Shown here in pieces: positions 51,067 to 64,000 of a stretch of 64,000 nucleotides of DNA (its first letter is position 1; each line of letters opens with the position of its first letter). The stretch is from Eledone cirrhosa (lineage: Eukaryota): contig OZ024765.1 of assembly GCA_964016885.1 (NCBI GenBank), positions 22,506,001 through 22,570,000 of the forward strand. Reading direction: 5' to 3'. The position numbers were made by a program, and so were the translations under genes. Below the pieces are notes generated by a model. That model had not been told where the DNA came from. It did no database searches and saw nothing but the letters and a program-made list of their open reading frames with translations.

Positions 51067-53757
51067 TATCTGTCTGTCACAACTCCTGTCGGAAGAAAGG
51101 AGCTGATCATCAAATCAGACCAAGGAAACAATGTTTCCATTGGTCTTTCCATTGTTGATACTATCTGTCAGTCACAACTCCTGGCAGAAGAAAGGAGCTG
51201 ATCATCAGATCAGACCAAGGAAACAATGTTTCCATTGGTCTTTCCATTGTTGATACTATCTGTCAGTCACAACTCCTGTCGGAAGAAAGGAGCTGATCAT
51301 CAGATCAGACCAAGGAAACAATGTTTCCATTGGTCTTTCCATTGTTGATACTATCTGTCAGTCACAACTCCTGGCAGTAGAAAGGAGCTGATCATCAGAT
51401 CAGACCAAGGAAACAATGTTTCCATTGGTCTTTCCATTGTTGATACTATCTGTCTGTCACAACTCCTGGCAGAAGAAAGGAGCTGATTATCAGATCAGAC
51501 CAAGGAAACAATGTTTCAGTTGGTCTTTCCATTACTGATACTATCTGTCAGTCACAACTCCTGACAGAAGAAAGGAGCTGATCATCAGATCAGACCAAGG
51601 AAACAATGTCTCCATTGGTCTTTCTATTACTGATACTATCTGTCTGTCACAACTCCTGGCAGAAGAAAGGAGCTGATTATCAGATCAGACCAAGGAAACA
51701 ATGTTTCAGTTGGTCTTTCCATTACTGATACTATCTGTCAGTCACAACTCCTGACAGAAGAAAGGAGCTGGTCATCAGATCAGACCAAGGAAACAATGTC
51801 TCCATTGGTCTTTCCATTACTGATACTATCTGTCAGTCACAACTCCTGACAGAAGAAAGGAGCTGATCATCAGATCAGACCAAGGAAACAATGTCTCCAT
51901 TGGTCTTTCTATTACTGATACTATCTGTCTGTCACAACTCCTGGCAGAAGAAAGGAGCTGATTATCAGATCAGACCAAGGAAACAATGTTTCAGTTGGTC
52001 TTTCCATTACTGATACTATCTGTCAGTCACAACTCCTGGCAGAAGAAAGGAGCTGATCATCAGATCAGACCAAGGAAACAATGTTTCCATTGGTCTTTCC
52101 ATTACTGATACTATCTGTCAGTCACAACTCCTGACAGAAGAAAGGAGCTGGTCATCAGATCAGACCAAGGAAACAATGTCTCCATTGGTCTTTCCATTAC
52201 TGATACTATCTGTCAGTCACAACTCCTGGCAGAAGAAAGGAGCTGATCATCAGATCAGACCAAGGAAACAATGTCTCCATTGGTCTTTCCATTACTGATA
52301 CTATCTGTCAGTCACAACTCCTGGCAGAAGAAAGGAGCTGATCATCAGATCAGACCAAGGAAACAATGTTTCCATTGGTCTTTCTATTACTGATACTATC
52401 TGTCTGTCACAACTCCTGACAGAAGAAAGGAGCTGGTCATCAGATCAGACCAAGGAAACAATGTCTCCATTGGTCTTTCCATTACTGATACTATCTGTCA
52501 GTCACAACTCCTGGCAGAAGAAAGGAGCTGATCATCAGATCAGACCAAGGAAACAATGTCTCCATTGGTCTTTCCATTACTGATACTATCTGTCAGTCAC
52601 AACTCCTGGCAGAAGAAAGGAGCTGATCATCAGATCAGACCAAGGAAACAATGTCTCCATTGGTCTTTCTATTACTGATACTATCTGTCTGTCACAACTC
52701 CTGGCAGAAGAAAGGAGCTGATTATCAGATCAGACCAAGGAAACAATGTTTCAGTTGGTCTTTCCATTACTGATACTAACTGTCAGTCACAACTCCTGGC
52801 AGAAGAAAGGAGCTGATCATCAGATCAGACCAAGGAAACAATGTTTCCATTGGTCTTTCCATTACTGATACTATCTGTCAGTCACAACTCCTGACAGAAG
52901 AAAGGAGCTGGTCATCAGATCAGACCAAGGAAACAATGTCTCCATTGGTCTTTCCATTACTGATACTATCTGTCAGTCACAACTCCTGGCAGAAGAAAGG
53001 AGCTGATCATCAGATCAGACCAAGGAAACAATGTCTCCATTGGTCTTTCCATTACTGATACTATCTGTCAGTCACAACTCCTGGCAGAAGAAAGGAGCTG
53101 ATCATCAGATCAGACCAAGGAAACAATGTCTCCATTGGTCTTTCTATTACTGATACTATCTGTCTGTCACAACTCCTGACAGAAGAAAGGAGCTGGTCAT
53201 CAGATCAGACCAAGGAAACAATGTCTCCATTGGTCTTTCCATTACTGATACTATCTGTCAGTCACAACTCCTGGCAGAAGAAAGGAGCTGATCATCAGAT
53301 CAGACCAAGGAAACAATGTCTCCATTGGTCTTTCTATTACTGATACTATCTGTCTGTCACAACTCCTGGCAGAAGAAAGGAGCTGATTATCAGATCAGAC
53401 CAAGGAAACAATGTTTCAGTTGGTCTTTCCATTACTGATACTATCTGTCAGTCACAACTCCTGGCAGAAGAAAGGAGCTGATCATCAGATCAGACCAAGG
53501 AAACAATGTTTCCATTGGTCTTTCCATTACTGATACTATCTGTCAGTCACAACTCCTGACAGAAGAAAGGAGCTGGTCATCAGATCAGACCAAGGAAACA
53601 ATGTCTCCATTGGTCTTTCCATTACTGATACTATCTGTCAGTCACAACTCCTGGCAGAAGAAAGGAGCTGATCATCAGATCAGACCAAGGAAACAATGTT
53701 TCAGTTGGTCTTTCCATTACTGATACTATCTGTCAGTCACAACTACTGGCAGAAGAC
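51067..53757. repeat. 95-bp satellite, ~28 copies
   Basis: caaggaaac at 51121, 51216, 51311 and onward. Unit tatctgtcagtcacaactcctggcagaagaaaggagctgatcatcagatcagaccaaggaaacaatgtctccattggtctttccattactgatac. Confidence 0.97.
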
Positions 53758-53918
53758 ACTATGTTGATATTGTGTTGTTATTGTGTTGTTATTGTGTTGT
53801 TATTGTGTTGATATTGTGTTGTTATTGTGTTGTTATTGTGTTGTTATTGTGTTGTTATTGTGTTGTTATTGTGTTGTTATTGGTATCAGTTGATCAATGT
53901 CAGTATTGTTAACATTAT

Positions 53919-54096
53919 TGGCTGTATCGGTAGAGAGTCGGACACCATGCTTTACAGCATAGAGTTATGGCCCTTTATATTCTGAGTTCAAATCCCGCTG
54001 AGGTTAAATTTACCTTTCATCCTTACAGGGTCGATAAAATGAAGTACCAGTAATACACTGGGGGTAATTGCTGGCCTTGTGCCAAAAGTAGAAACA
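53919..54096 (+). mobile_element. tRNA-derived SINE, full-length-like
   Basis: tggctgtatcgg (A box), gagttcaaatc (B box), cctttcatccttacagggtcgataaaatgaagtaccag, aaagtagaaaca. Confidence 0.85.
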
Positions 54097-54117
54097 ATTG
54101 TTACTGCATTGTTACCA

Positions 54118-55345
<1,228 letters not shown>

Positions 55346-55702
55346 TTTTTCCTTTTTTGTTTATATTCCACCCAATATGAAATGTGAGTTTTGGCGGCAA
55401 CAATACCATTTTTTTAGGGGGAGGATGGCAGGGTTGGAAAGGGGTGGGTTTATTTTGTTTTGTCTTTATTTTGTGGTTTGTTTAATTCATCTTATGTATT
55501 TCCTTCTTTTTTTTTTTTTTTTTACAAAATTTCTCTTTTTGTGTGAAGCCACAAGATTTATTGATGTAAAAATGTTATTAAAAGTACTGTAGATGTGATA
55601 TGTTGATGGAACTTCTCCAAATCTGGAGGACAGCTTAATTGTAGAGTTCTCATCTTTAAAGACATTTCCCTCAGTTGCGGCTGTTTGTTTGTTGTAACAG
55701 AC

Positions 55703-55736
<34 letters not shown>

Positions 55737-55917
55737 AATATATCATATATATAAAATATATCATATATATAAAATAAGATAAAAATTAGAAGGTGGTATG
55801 GGTTGGTGTGGTGTTGATGTAAGTTTCTGTTGTGTTGGGGTGTTTTTGATCTTCAGATTGGAATGAGATGGAAATGGATCTCAGACAATTTCTGATCATA
55901 TCTGTTCCAAGGCCATG

Positions 55918-58900
55918 GAGATGTGGTTAGAATGTCTGAGGAAAGAATCTCTGAATTAGGAGATTACAGCTCTGATACTACAGACATGTGGTTAGAATGC
56001 CTGAGGAAAGAATCTCTGAATTGAGAGATCACAGCTCTGATACTACAGACATGTGGTTAGAATGTCTGAGGAAAGAATCTCTGAATTAGGAGATCACAGC
56101 TCTGATACTACAGACATGTGGTTAGAATGTCTGAGGAAAGAATCTCTGAATTGAGAGATCACAGCTCTGATACTACAGACATGTGGTTAGAATGTCTGAG
56201 GAAAGAATCTCTGAATTAGGAGATCACAGCTCTGATACTACAGGCATGTGGTTAGAATGCCTGAGGGAAGAATCTCTGAATTGAGAGATCACAGCTCTGA
56301 TACTACAGACATGTGGTTAGAATGTCTGAGGAAAGAATCTCTGAATTGAGAGATCACAGCTCTGATACTACAGACATGTGGTTAGAATGTCTGAGGAAAG
56401 AATCTCTGAATTGAGAGATCACAGCTCTGATACTACAGACATGTGGTTAGAATGTCTGAGGGAAGAATCTCTGAATTGAGAGATCACAGCTCTGATACTA
56501 CAGACATGTGGTTAGAATGTCTGAGGAAAGAATCTCTGAATTAGGAGATCACAGCTCTGATACTACAGGCATGTGGTTAGAATGTCTGAGGAAAGAATCT
56601 CTGAATTGAGAGATCACAGCTCTGATACTACAGACATGTGGTTAGAATGTCTGAGGTAAGAATCTCTGAATTGAGAGATCACAGTTCTGTTACTACAGAC
56701 ATGTGGTTAGAATGTCTGAGAAAAGAATCTCTGAATTGAGATATCACAGCTCTGGTACTACAGACATGTGGTTAGAATGTCTGAGGAAAGAATCTCTGAA
56801 TTGAGAGATCACAGCTCTGATACTACAGACATGTGGTTAGAATGTCTGAGGTAAGAATCTCTGAATTGAGAGATCACAGCTCTGATACTACAGACATGTG
56901 GTTAGAATGTCTGAGGAAAGAATCTCTGAATTGAGAGATCACAGCTCTGATACTACAGACATGTGGTTAGAATGTCTGAGGAAAGAATCTCTGAATTGTG
57001 AGATCACAGCTCTGATACTACAGACATGTGGTTAGAATGTCTGAGGTAAGAATCTCTGAATTGAGAGATCACAGTTCTGTTACGACAGACATGTGGTTAG
57101 AATGTCTGAGAAAAGAATCTCTGAATTGAGAGATCACAGCTCTGGTACTACAGACATGTGGTTAGAATGTCACAGGAAAGAATCTCTGAATTGAGAGATC
57201 ACAGCTCTGATACTACAGACATGTGGTTAGAATGCCTGAGGAAAGAATCTCTGAATTGAGAGATCACAGCTCTGATACTACAGACATGTGGTTAGAATGT
57301 CTGAGGAAAGAATCTCTGAATTAGGAGATCACAGCTCTGATACTACAGGCATGTGGTTAGAATGTCTGAGGAAAGAATCTCTGAATTGAGAGATCACAGC
57401 TCTCATACTACAGACATGTGGTTAGAATGTCTGAGGAAAGAATCTCTGAATTGAGAGATCACAGCTCTCATACTACAGACATGTGGTTAGAATGCCTGAG
57501 GAAAGAATCTCTGAATTGAGAGATCACAGCTCTCATACTACAGACATGTGGTTAGAATGTCTGAGGAAAGAATCTCTGAATTGAGAGATCACAGCTCTCA
57601 TACTACAGACATGTGGTTAGAATGTCTGAGGAAAGAATCTCTGAATTGAGAGATCAAAGCTCTGATACTACAGACATGTGGTTAGAATGCCTGAGGAAAG
57701 AATCTCTGAATTGAGAGATCACAGCTCTGATACTACAGACATGTGGTTAGAATGTCTGAGGAAAGAATCTCTGAATTGAGAGATCACAGCTCTGATACTA
57801 CAGACATGTGGTTAGAATGTCTGAGGAAAGAATCTCTGAATTGAGAGATCACAGCTCTGATACTACAGACATGTGGTTAGAATGCCTGAGGAAAGAATCT
57901 CTGAATTGAGAGATCACAGCTCTCATACTACAGACATGTGGTTAGAATGTCTGAGGAAAGAATCTCTGAATTGAGAGATCACAGCTCTCATACTACAGAC
58001 ATGTGGTTAGAATGTCTGAGGAAAGAATCTCTGAATTGAGAGATCACAGCTCTGATACTACAGACATGTGGTTAGAATGCCTGAGGAAAGAATCTCTGAA
58101 TTGAGAGATCACAGCTCTGATACTACAGACATGTGGTTAGAATGTCTGAGGAAAGAATCTCTGAATTGAGATATCACAGCTCTGGTACTACAGACATGTG
58201 GTTAGAATGTCTGAGGAAAGAATCTCTGAATTGAGAGATCACAGCTCTCATACTACAGACATGTGGTTAGAATGTCTGAGGAAAGAATCTCTGAATTGAG
58301 AGATCACAGCTCTGATACTACAGACATGTGGTTAGAATGCCTGAGGAAAGAATCTCTGAATTGAGAGATCACAGCTCTGATACTACAGACATGTGGTTAG
58401 AATGTCTGAGGAAAGAATCTCTGAATTGAGAGATCACAGCTCTCATACTACAGACATGTGGTTAGAATGTCTGAGGAAAGAATCTCTGAATTGAGAGATC
58501 ACAGCTCTCATACTACAGACATGTGGTTAGAATGTCTGAGGAAAGAATCTCTGAATTGAGAGATCACAGCTCTGATACTACAGACATGTGGTTAGAATGT
58601 CTGAGGGAAGAATCTCTGAATTAGGAGATCACAGATCTGGTACTACAGACATGTGGTTAGAATGTCTCAAGAAAGAATCTCTGAATTGAGAGATCACAGC
58701 TCTGATACTACAGACATGTGGTTAGAATGTCTGAGGAAAGAATCTCTGAATTGAGAGATCACAGCTCTCATACTACAGACATGTGGTTAGAATGTCTGAG
58801 GAAAGAATCTCTGAATTGAGAGATCACAGCTCTGATACTACAGACATGTGGTTAGAATGCCTGAGGAAAGAATCTCTGAATTGAGAGATCACAGCTCTGA

Positions 58901-61900
58901 TACTACAGACATGTGGTTAGAACGTCCCAGGAAAGAATCTCTGAATTGAGAGATCACAGCTCTGGTACTACAGACATGTGGTTAGAATGTCTGAGGAGAG
59001 AATCTCTGAATTGAGAGATCACAGCTCTGGTACTACAGACATTTGGTTAGAATGTCTGAGGAAAGAATCTCTGAATTGAGAGATCACAGCTCTGATACTA
59101 CAGACATGTGGTTAGAATGTCTGAGGAGAGAATCTCAGAATTGAGAGATCACAGCTCTGGTACTACAGACATTTGGTTAGAATGTCTGAGGAAAGAATCT
59201 CTGGATTGAGAGATCACAGCTCTGATACTACAGACATGTGGTTAGAATGTCTGAGGAAAGAATCTCTGGATTGAGAGATCACAGCTCTGATATTACAGAC
59301 CTGTGGTTAGAATGTCTGAGGAAAGAATCTCTGAATTGAGAGATCACAGCTCTGATACTACAGACATGTGGTTAGAATGTCTGAGGAAAGAATCTCTGGA
59401 TTGAGAGATCACAGCTCTGATATTACAGACCTGTGGTTAGAATGTCTGAGGGAAGAATCTCTGAATTGAGAGATCACAGCTCTGATACTACAGACATGTG
59501 GTTAGAATGTCTGAGGAAAGAATCTCTGGATTGAGAGATCACAGCTCTGATATTACAGACCTGTGGTTAGAATGTCTGAGGAAAGAATCTCTGAATTGAG
59601 AGATCACAGCTCTGATACTACAGACATGTGGTTAGAATGCCTGAGGAAAGAATCTCTGAATTGAGAGATCACAGCTCTGATACTACAGACATGTGGTTAG
59701 AATGTCTGAGGAAAGAATCTCTGAATTGAGAGATCACAGCTCTGATACTACAGACATGTGGTTAGAATGCCTGAGGAAAGAATCTCTGAATTGAGAGATC
59801 ACAGCTCTGATACTACAGACATTTGGTTGGAATGTCTGAGGGAAGAATCTCTGAATTGAGAGATCACAGCTCTGGTACTACAGACATGTGGTTAGAATGC
59901 CTGAGGAAAGAATCTCTGAATTGAGAGATCACAGCTCTGATACTACAGACATGTGGTTAGAATGTCTGAGGAAAGAATCTCTGGATTGAGAGATCACAGC
60001 TCTGATACTACAGACATGTGGTTAGAATGCCTGAGGAAAGAATCTCTGAATTGAGAGATCACAGCTCTGATACTACAGACATGTGGTTAGAATGTCTGAG
60101 GAAAGAATCTCTGAATTGAGAGATCACAGCTCTGATACTACAGACATGTGGTTAGAATGCCTGAGGAAAGAATCTCTGAATTGAGAGATCACAGCTCTGA
60201 TACTACAGACATGTGGTTAGAATGTCTGAGGAAAGAATCTCTGAATTGAGAGATCACAGCTCTGATACTACAGACATGTGGTTAGAATGCCTGAGGAAAG
60301 AATCTCTGAATTGAGAGATCACAGCTCTGATACTACAGACATGTGGTTAGAATGCCTGAGGAAAGAATCTCTGAATTGAGAGATCACAGCTCTGATACTA
60401 CAGACATGTGGTTAGAATGCCTGAGGAAAGAATCTCTGAATTGAGAGATCACAGCTCTGATACTACAGGCATGTGGTTAGAATGCCTGAGGAAAGAATCT
60501 CTGAATTGAGAGATCACAGCTCTGATACTACAGACATGTGGTTAGAATGTCTGAGGAAAGAATCTCTGAATTGAGAGATCACAGCTCTGATACTACAGAC
60601 ATGTGGTTAGAATGCCTGAGGAAAGAATCTCTGAATTGAGAGATCACAGCTCTGATACTACAGACATGTGGTTAGAATGTCTGAGGAAAGAATCTCTGAA
60701 TTGAGAGATCACAGCTCTGATACTACAGACATGTGGTTAGAATGCCTGAGGAAAGAATCTCTGAATTGAGAGATCACAGCTCTGATACTACAGGCATGTG
60801 GTTAGAATGCCTGAGGAAAGAATCTCTGAATTGAGAGATCACAGCTCTGATACTACAGACATGTGGTTAGAATGTCTGAGGAAAGAATCTCTGGATTGAG
60901 AGATCACAGCTCTGATACTACAGACATGTGGTTAGAATGCCTGAGGAAAGAATCTCTGAATTGAGAGATCACAGCTCTGATACTACAGACATGTGGTTAG
61001 AATGTCTGAGGAAAGAATCTCTGGATTGAGAGATCACAGCTCTGATACTACAGACATGTGGTTAGAATGCCTGAGGAAAGAATCTCTGAATTGAGAGATC
61101 ACAGCTCTGATACTACAGACATGTGGTTAGAATGTCTGAGGAAAGAATCTCTGAATTGAGAGATCACAGCTCTGATACTACAGACATGTGGTTAGAATGC
61201 CTGAGGAAAGAATCTCTGAATTGAGAGATCACAGCTCTGATACTACAGACATGTGGTTAGAATGCCTGAGGAAAGAATCTCTGAATTGAGAGATCACAGC
61301 TCTGATACTACAGACATGTGGTTAGAATGCCTGAGGAAAGAATCTCTGAATTGAGAGATCACAGCTCTGATACTACAGGCATGTGGTTAGAATGCCTGAG
61401 GAAAGAATCTCTGAATTGAGAGATCACAGCTCTGATACTACAGACATGTGGTTAGAATGCCTGAGGAAAGAATCTCTGAATTGAGAGATCACAGCTCTGA
61501 TACTACAGACATGTGGTTAGAATGCCTGAGGAAAGAATCTCTGAATTGAGAGATCACAGCTCTGATACTACAGACATGTGGTTAGAATGTCTGAGGAAAG
61601 AATCTCTGAATTGAGAGATCACAGCTCTGATACTACAGACATGTGGTTAGAATGTCTGAGGGAAGAATCTCTGAATTGAGAGATCACAGCTCTGATACTA
61701 CAGACATGTGGTTAGAATGTCTGAGGAAAGAATCTCTGAATTGAGAGATCACAGCTCTGATACTACAGACATGTGGTTAGAATGCCTGAGGAAAGAATCT
61801 CTGAATTGAGAGATCACAGCTGTGATACTACAGACATGTGGTGGTTAGAATGTCTGAGGAAAGAATCTCTGAATTGAGAGATCACAGCTCTGATACTACA

Positions 61901-64000
61901 GACATGTGGTTAGAATGTCTGAGGGAAGAATCTCTGAATTGAGAGATCACAGCTCTGATACTACAGACATGTGGTTAGAATGTCTGAGGAAAGAATCTCT
62001 GAATTGAGAGATCACAGCTCTGATACTACAGACATGTGGTTAGAATGTCTGAGGAAAGAATCTCTGAATTGAGAGATCACAGCTCTGATACTACAGGCAT
62101 GTGGTTAGAATGTCTGAGGAAAGAATCTCTGAATTGAGAGATCACAGCTCTGATACTACAGACATGTGGTTAGAATGTCTGAGGAAAGAATCTCTGAATT
62201 GAGAGATCACAGCTCTGATACTACAGACATGTGGTTAGAATGTCTGAGGGAAGAATCTCTGAATTAGGAGATCACAGCTCTGATACTACAGACATGTGGT
62301 TAGAATGTCTGAGGAAAGAATCTCTGAATTGAGAGATCACAGCTCTGATACTACAGACATGTGGTTAGAATGTCTGAGGAAAGAATCTCTGAATTGAGAG
62401 ATCACAGCTCTGATACTACAGACATGTGGTTAGAATGCCTGAGGAAAGAATCTCTGAATTGAGAGATCACAGCTCTGATACTACAGACATGTGGTTAGAA
62501 TGCCTGAGGAAAGAATCTCTGAATTGAGAGATCACAGCTCTGATACTACAGACATGTGGTTAGAATGCCTGAGGAAAGAATCTCTGAATTGAGAGATCAC
62601 AGCTCTGATACTACAGGCATGTGGTTAGAATGCCTGAGGAAAGAATCTCTGAATTGAGAGATCACAGCTCTGATACTACAGACATGTGGTTAGAATGTCT
62701 GAGGAAAGAATCTCTGAATTGAGAGATCACAGCTCTGATACTACAGACATGTGGTTAGAATGCCTGAGGAAAGAATCTCTGAATTGAGAGATCACAGCTC
62801 TGATACTACAGACATGTGGTTAGAATGTCTGAGGAAAGAATCTCTGAATTGAGAGATCACAGCTCTGATACTACAGACATGTGGTTAGAATGCCTGAGGA
62901 AAGAATCTCTGAATTGAGAGATCACAGCTCTGATACTACAGGCATGTGGTTAGAATGCCTGAGGAAAGAATCTCTGAATTGAGAGATCACAGCTCTGATA
63001 CTACAGACATGTGGTTAGAATGTCTGAGGAAAGAATCTCTGGATTGAGAGATCACAGCTCTGATACTACAGACATGTGGTTAGAATGCCTGAGGAAAGAA
63101 TCTCTGAATTGAGAGATCACAGCTCTGATACTACAGACATGTGGTTAGAATGTCTGAGGAAAGAATCTCTGGATTGAGAGATCACAGCTCTGATACTACA
63201 GACATGTGGTTAGAATGCCTGAGGAAAGAATCTCTGAATTGAGAGATCACAGCTCTGATACTACAGACATGTGGTTAGAATGTCTGAGGAAAGAATCTCT
63301 GAATTGAGAGATCACAGCTCTGATACTACAGACATGTGGTTAGAATGCCTGAGGAAAGAATCTCTGAATTGAGAGATCACAGCTCTGATACTACAGACAT
63401 GTGGTTAGAATGCCTGAGGAAAGAATCTCTGAATTGAGAGATCACAGCTGTGATACTACAGACATGTGGTTAGAATGCCTGAGGAAAGAATCTCTGAATT
63501 GAGAGATCACAGCTCTGATACTACAGGCATGTGGTTAGAATGCCTGAGGAAAGAATCTCTGAATTGAGAGATCACAGCTCTGATACTACAGACATGTGGT
63601 TAGAATGCCTGAGGAAAGAATCTCTGAATTGAGAGATCACAGCTCTGATACTACAGACATGTGGTTAGAATGCCTGAGGAAAGAATCTCTGAATTGAGAG
63701 ATCACAGCTCTGATACTACAGACATGTGGTTAGAATGTCTGAGGAAAGAATCTCTGAATTGAGAGATCACAGCTCTGATACTACAGACATGTGGTTAGAA
63801 TGTCTGAGGGAAGAATCTCTGAATTGAGAGATCACAGCTCTGATACTACAGACATGTGGTTAGAATGTCTGAGGAAAGAATCTCTGAATTGAGAGATCAC
63901 AGCTCTGATACTACAGACATGTGGTTAGAATGCCTGAGGAAAGAATCTCTGAATTGAGAGATCACAGCTGTGATACTACAGACATGTGGTGGTTAGAATG
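55918..64000. repeat. 65-bp satellite, ~124 copies, runs off window
   Basis: Unit atgtggttagaatg(t/c)ctgaggaaagaatctctgaattgagagatcacagctctgatactacagac. Period 55921 to 55986. Confidence 0.98.

Noticed and set aside
55918-64000. CTGAGGA hammerhead-like core in the 65-bp unit
   Set aside because: Followed by a small hairpin (atctc/gagat) but with no downstream GAAA, stem III or UH arrangement.

Overview
Repeat-saturated animal genomic DNA. The SINE/LINE repertoire and microsatellite density suggest an octopus-like cephalopod (inference). No host gene is recognisable. About 40 kb is tandem DNA: a ~28 kb 57-bp satellite, plus 65-, 95-, 40-, 48-, 72- and 112-bp arrays and many microsatellites. 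The giant ORFs in the track are artefacts of these repeats. Real coding sequence is limited to a frame-intact, 5'-truncated RTE-type LINE reverse transcriptase carrying a PHD-like zinc finger inside the RT domain, a decayed second copy, and a Penelope GIY-YIG endonuclease fragment. The most notable signal is a set of short non-coding modules sitting between (TA)n tracts (0.7-3.6 kb and 42-46 kb). They carry minimal type I hammerhead ribozyme motifs (six well formed, several degenerate or half), often with palindromic stem III and often duplicated as long fold-back hairpins. This is consistent with a (TA)n-associated family of Penelope-derived non-autonomous ribozyme elements.
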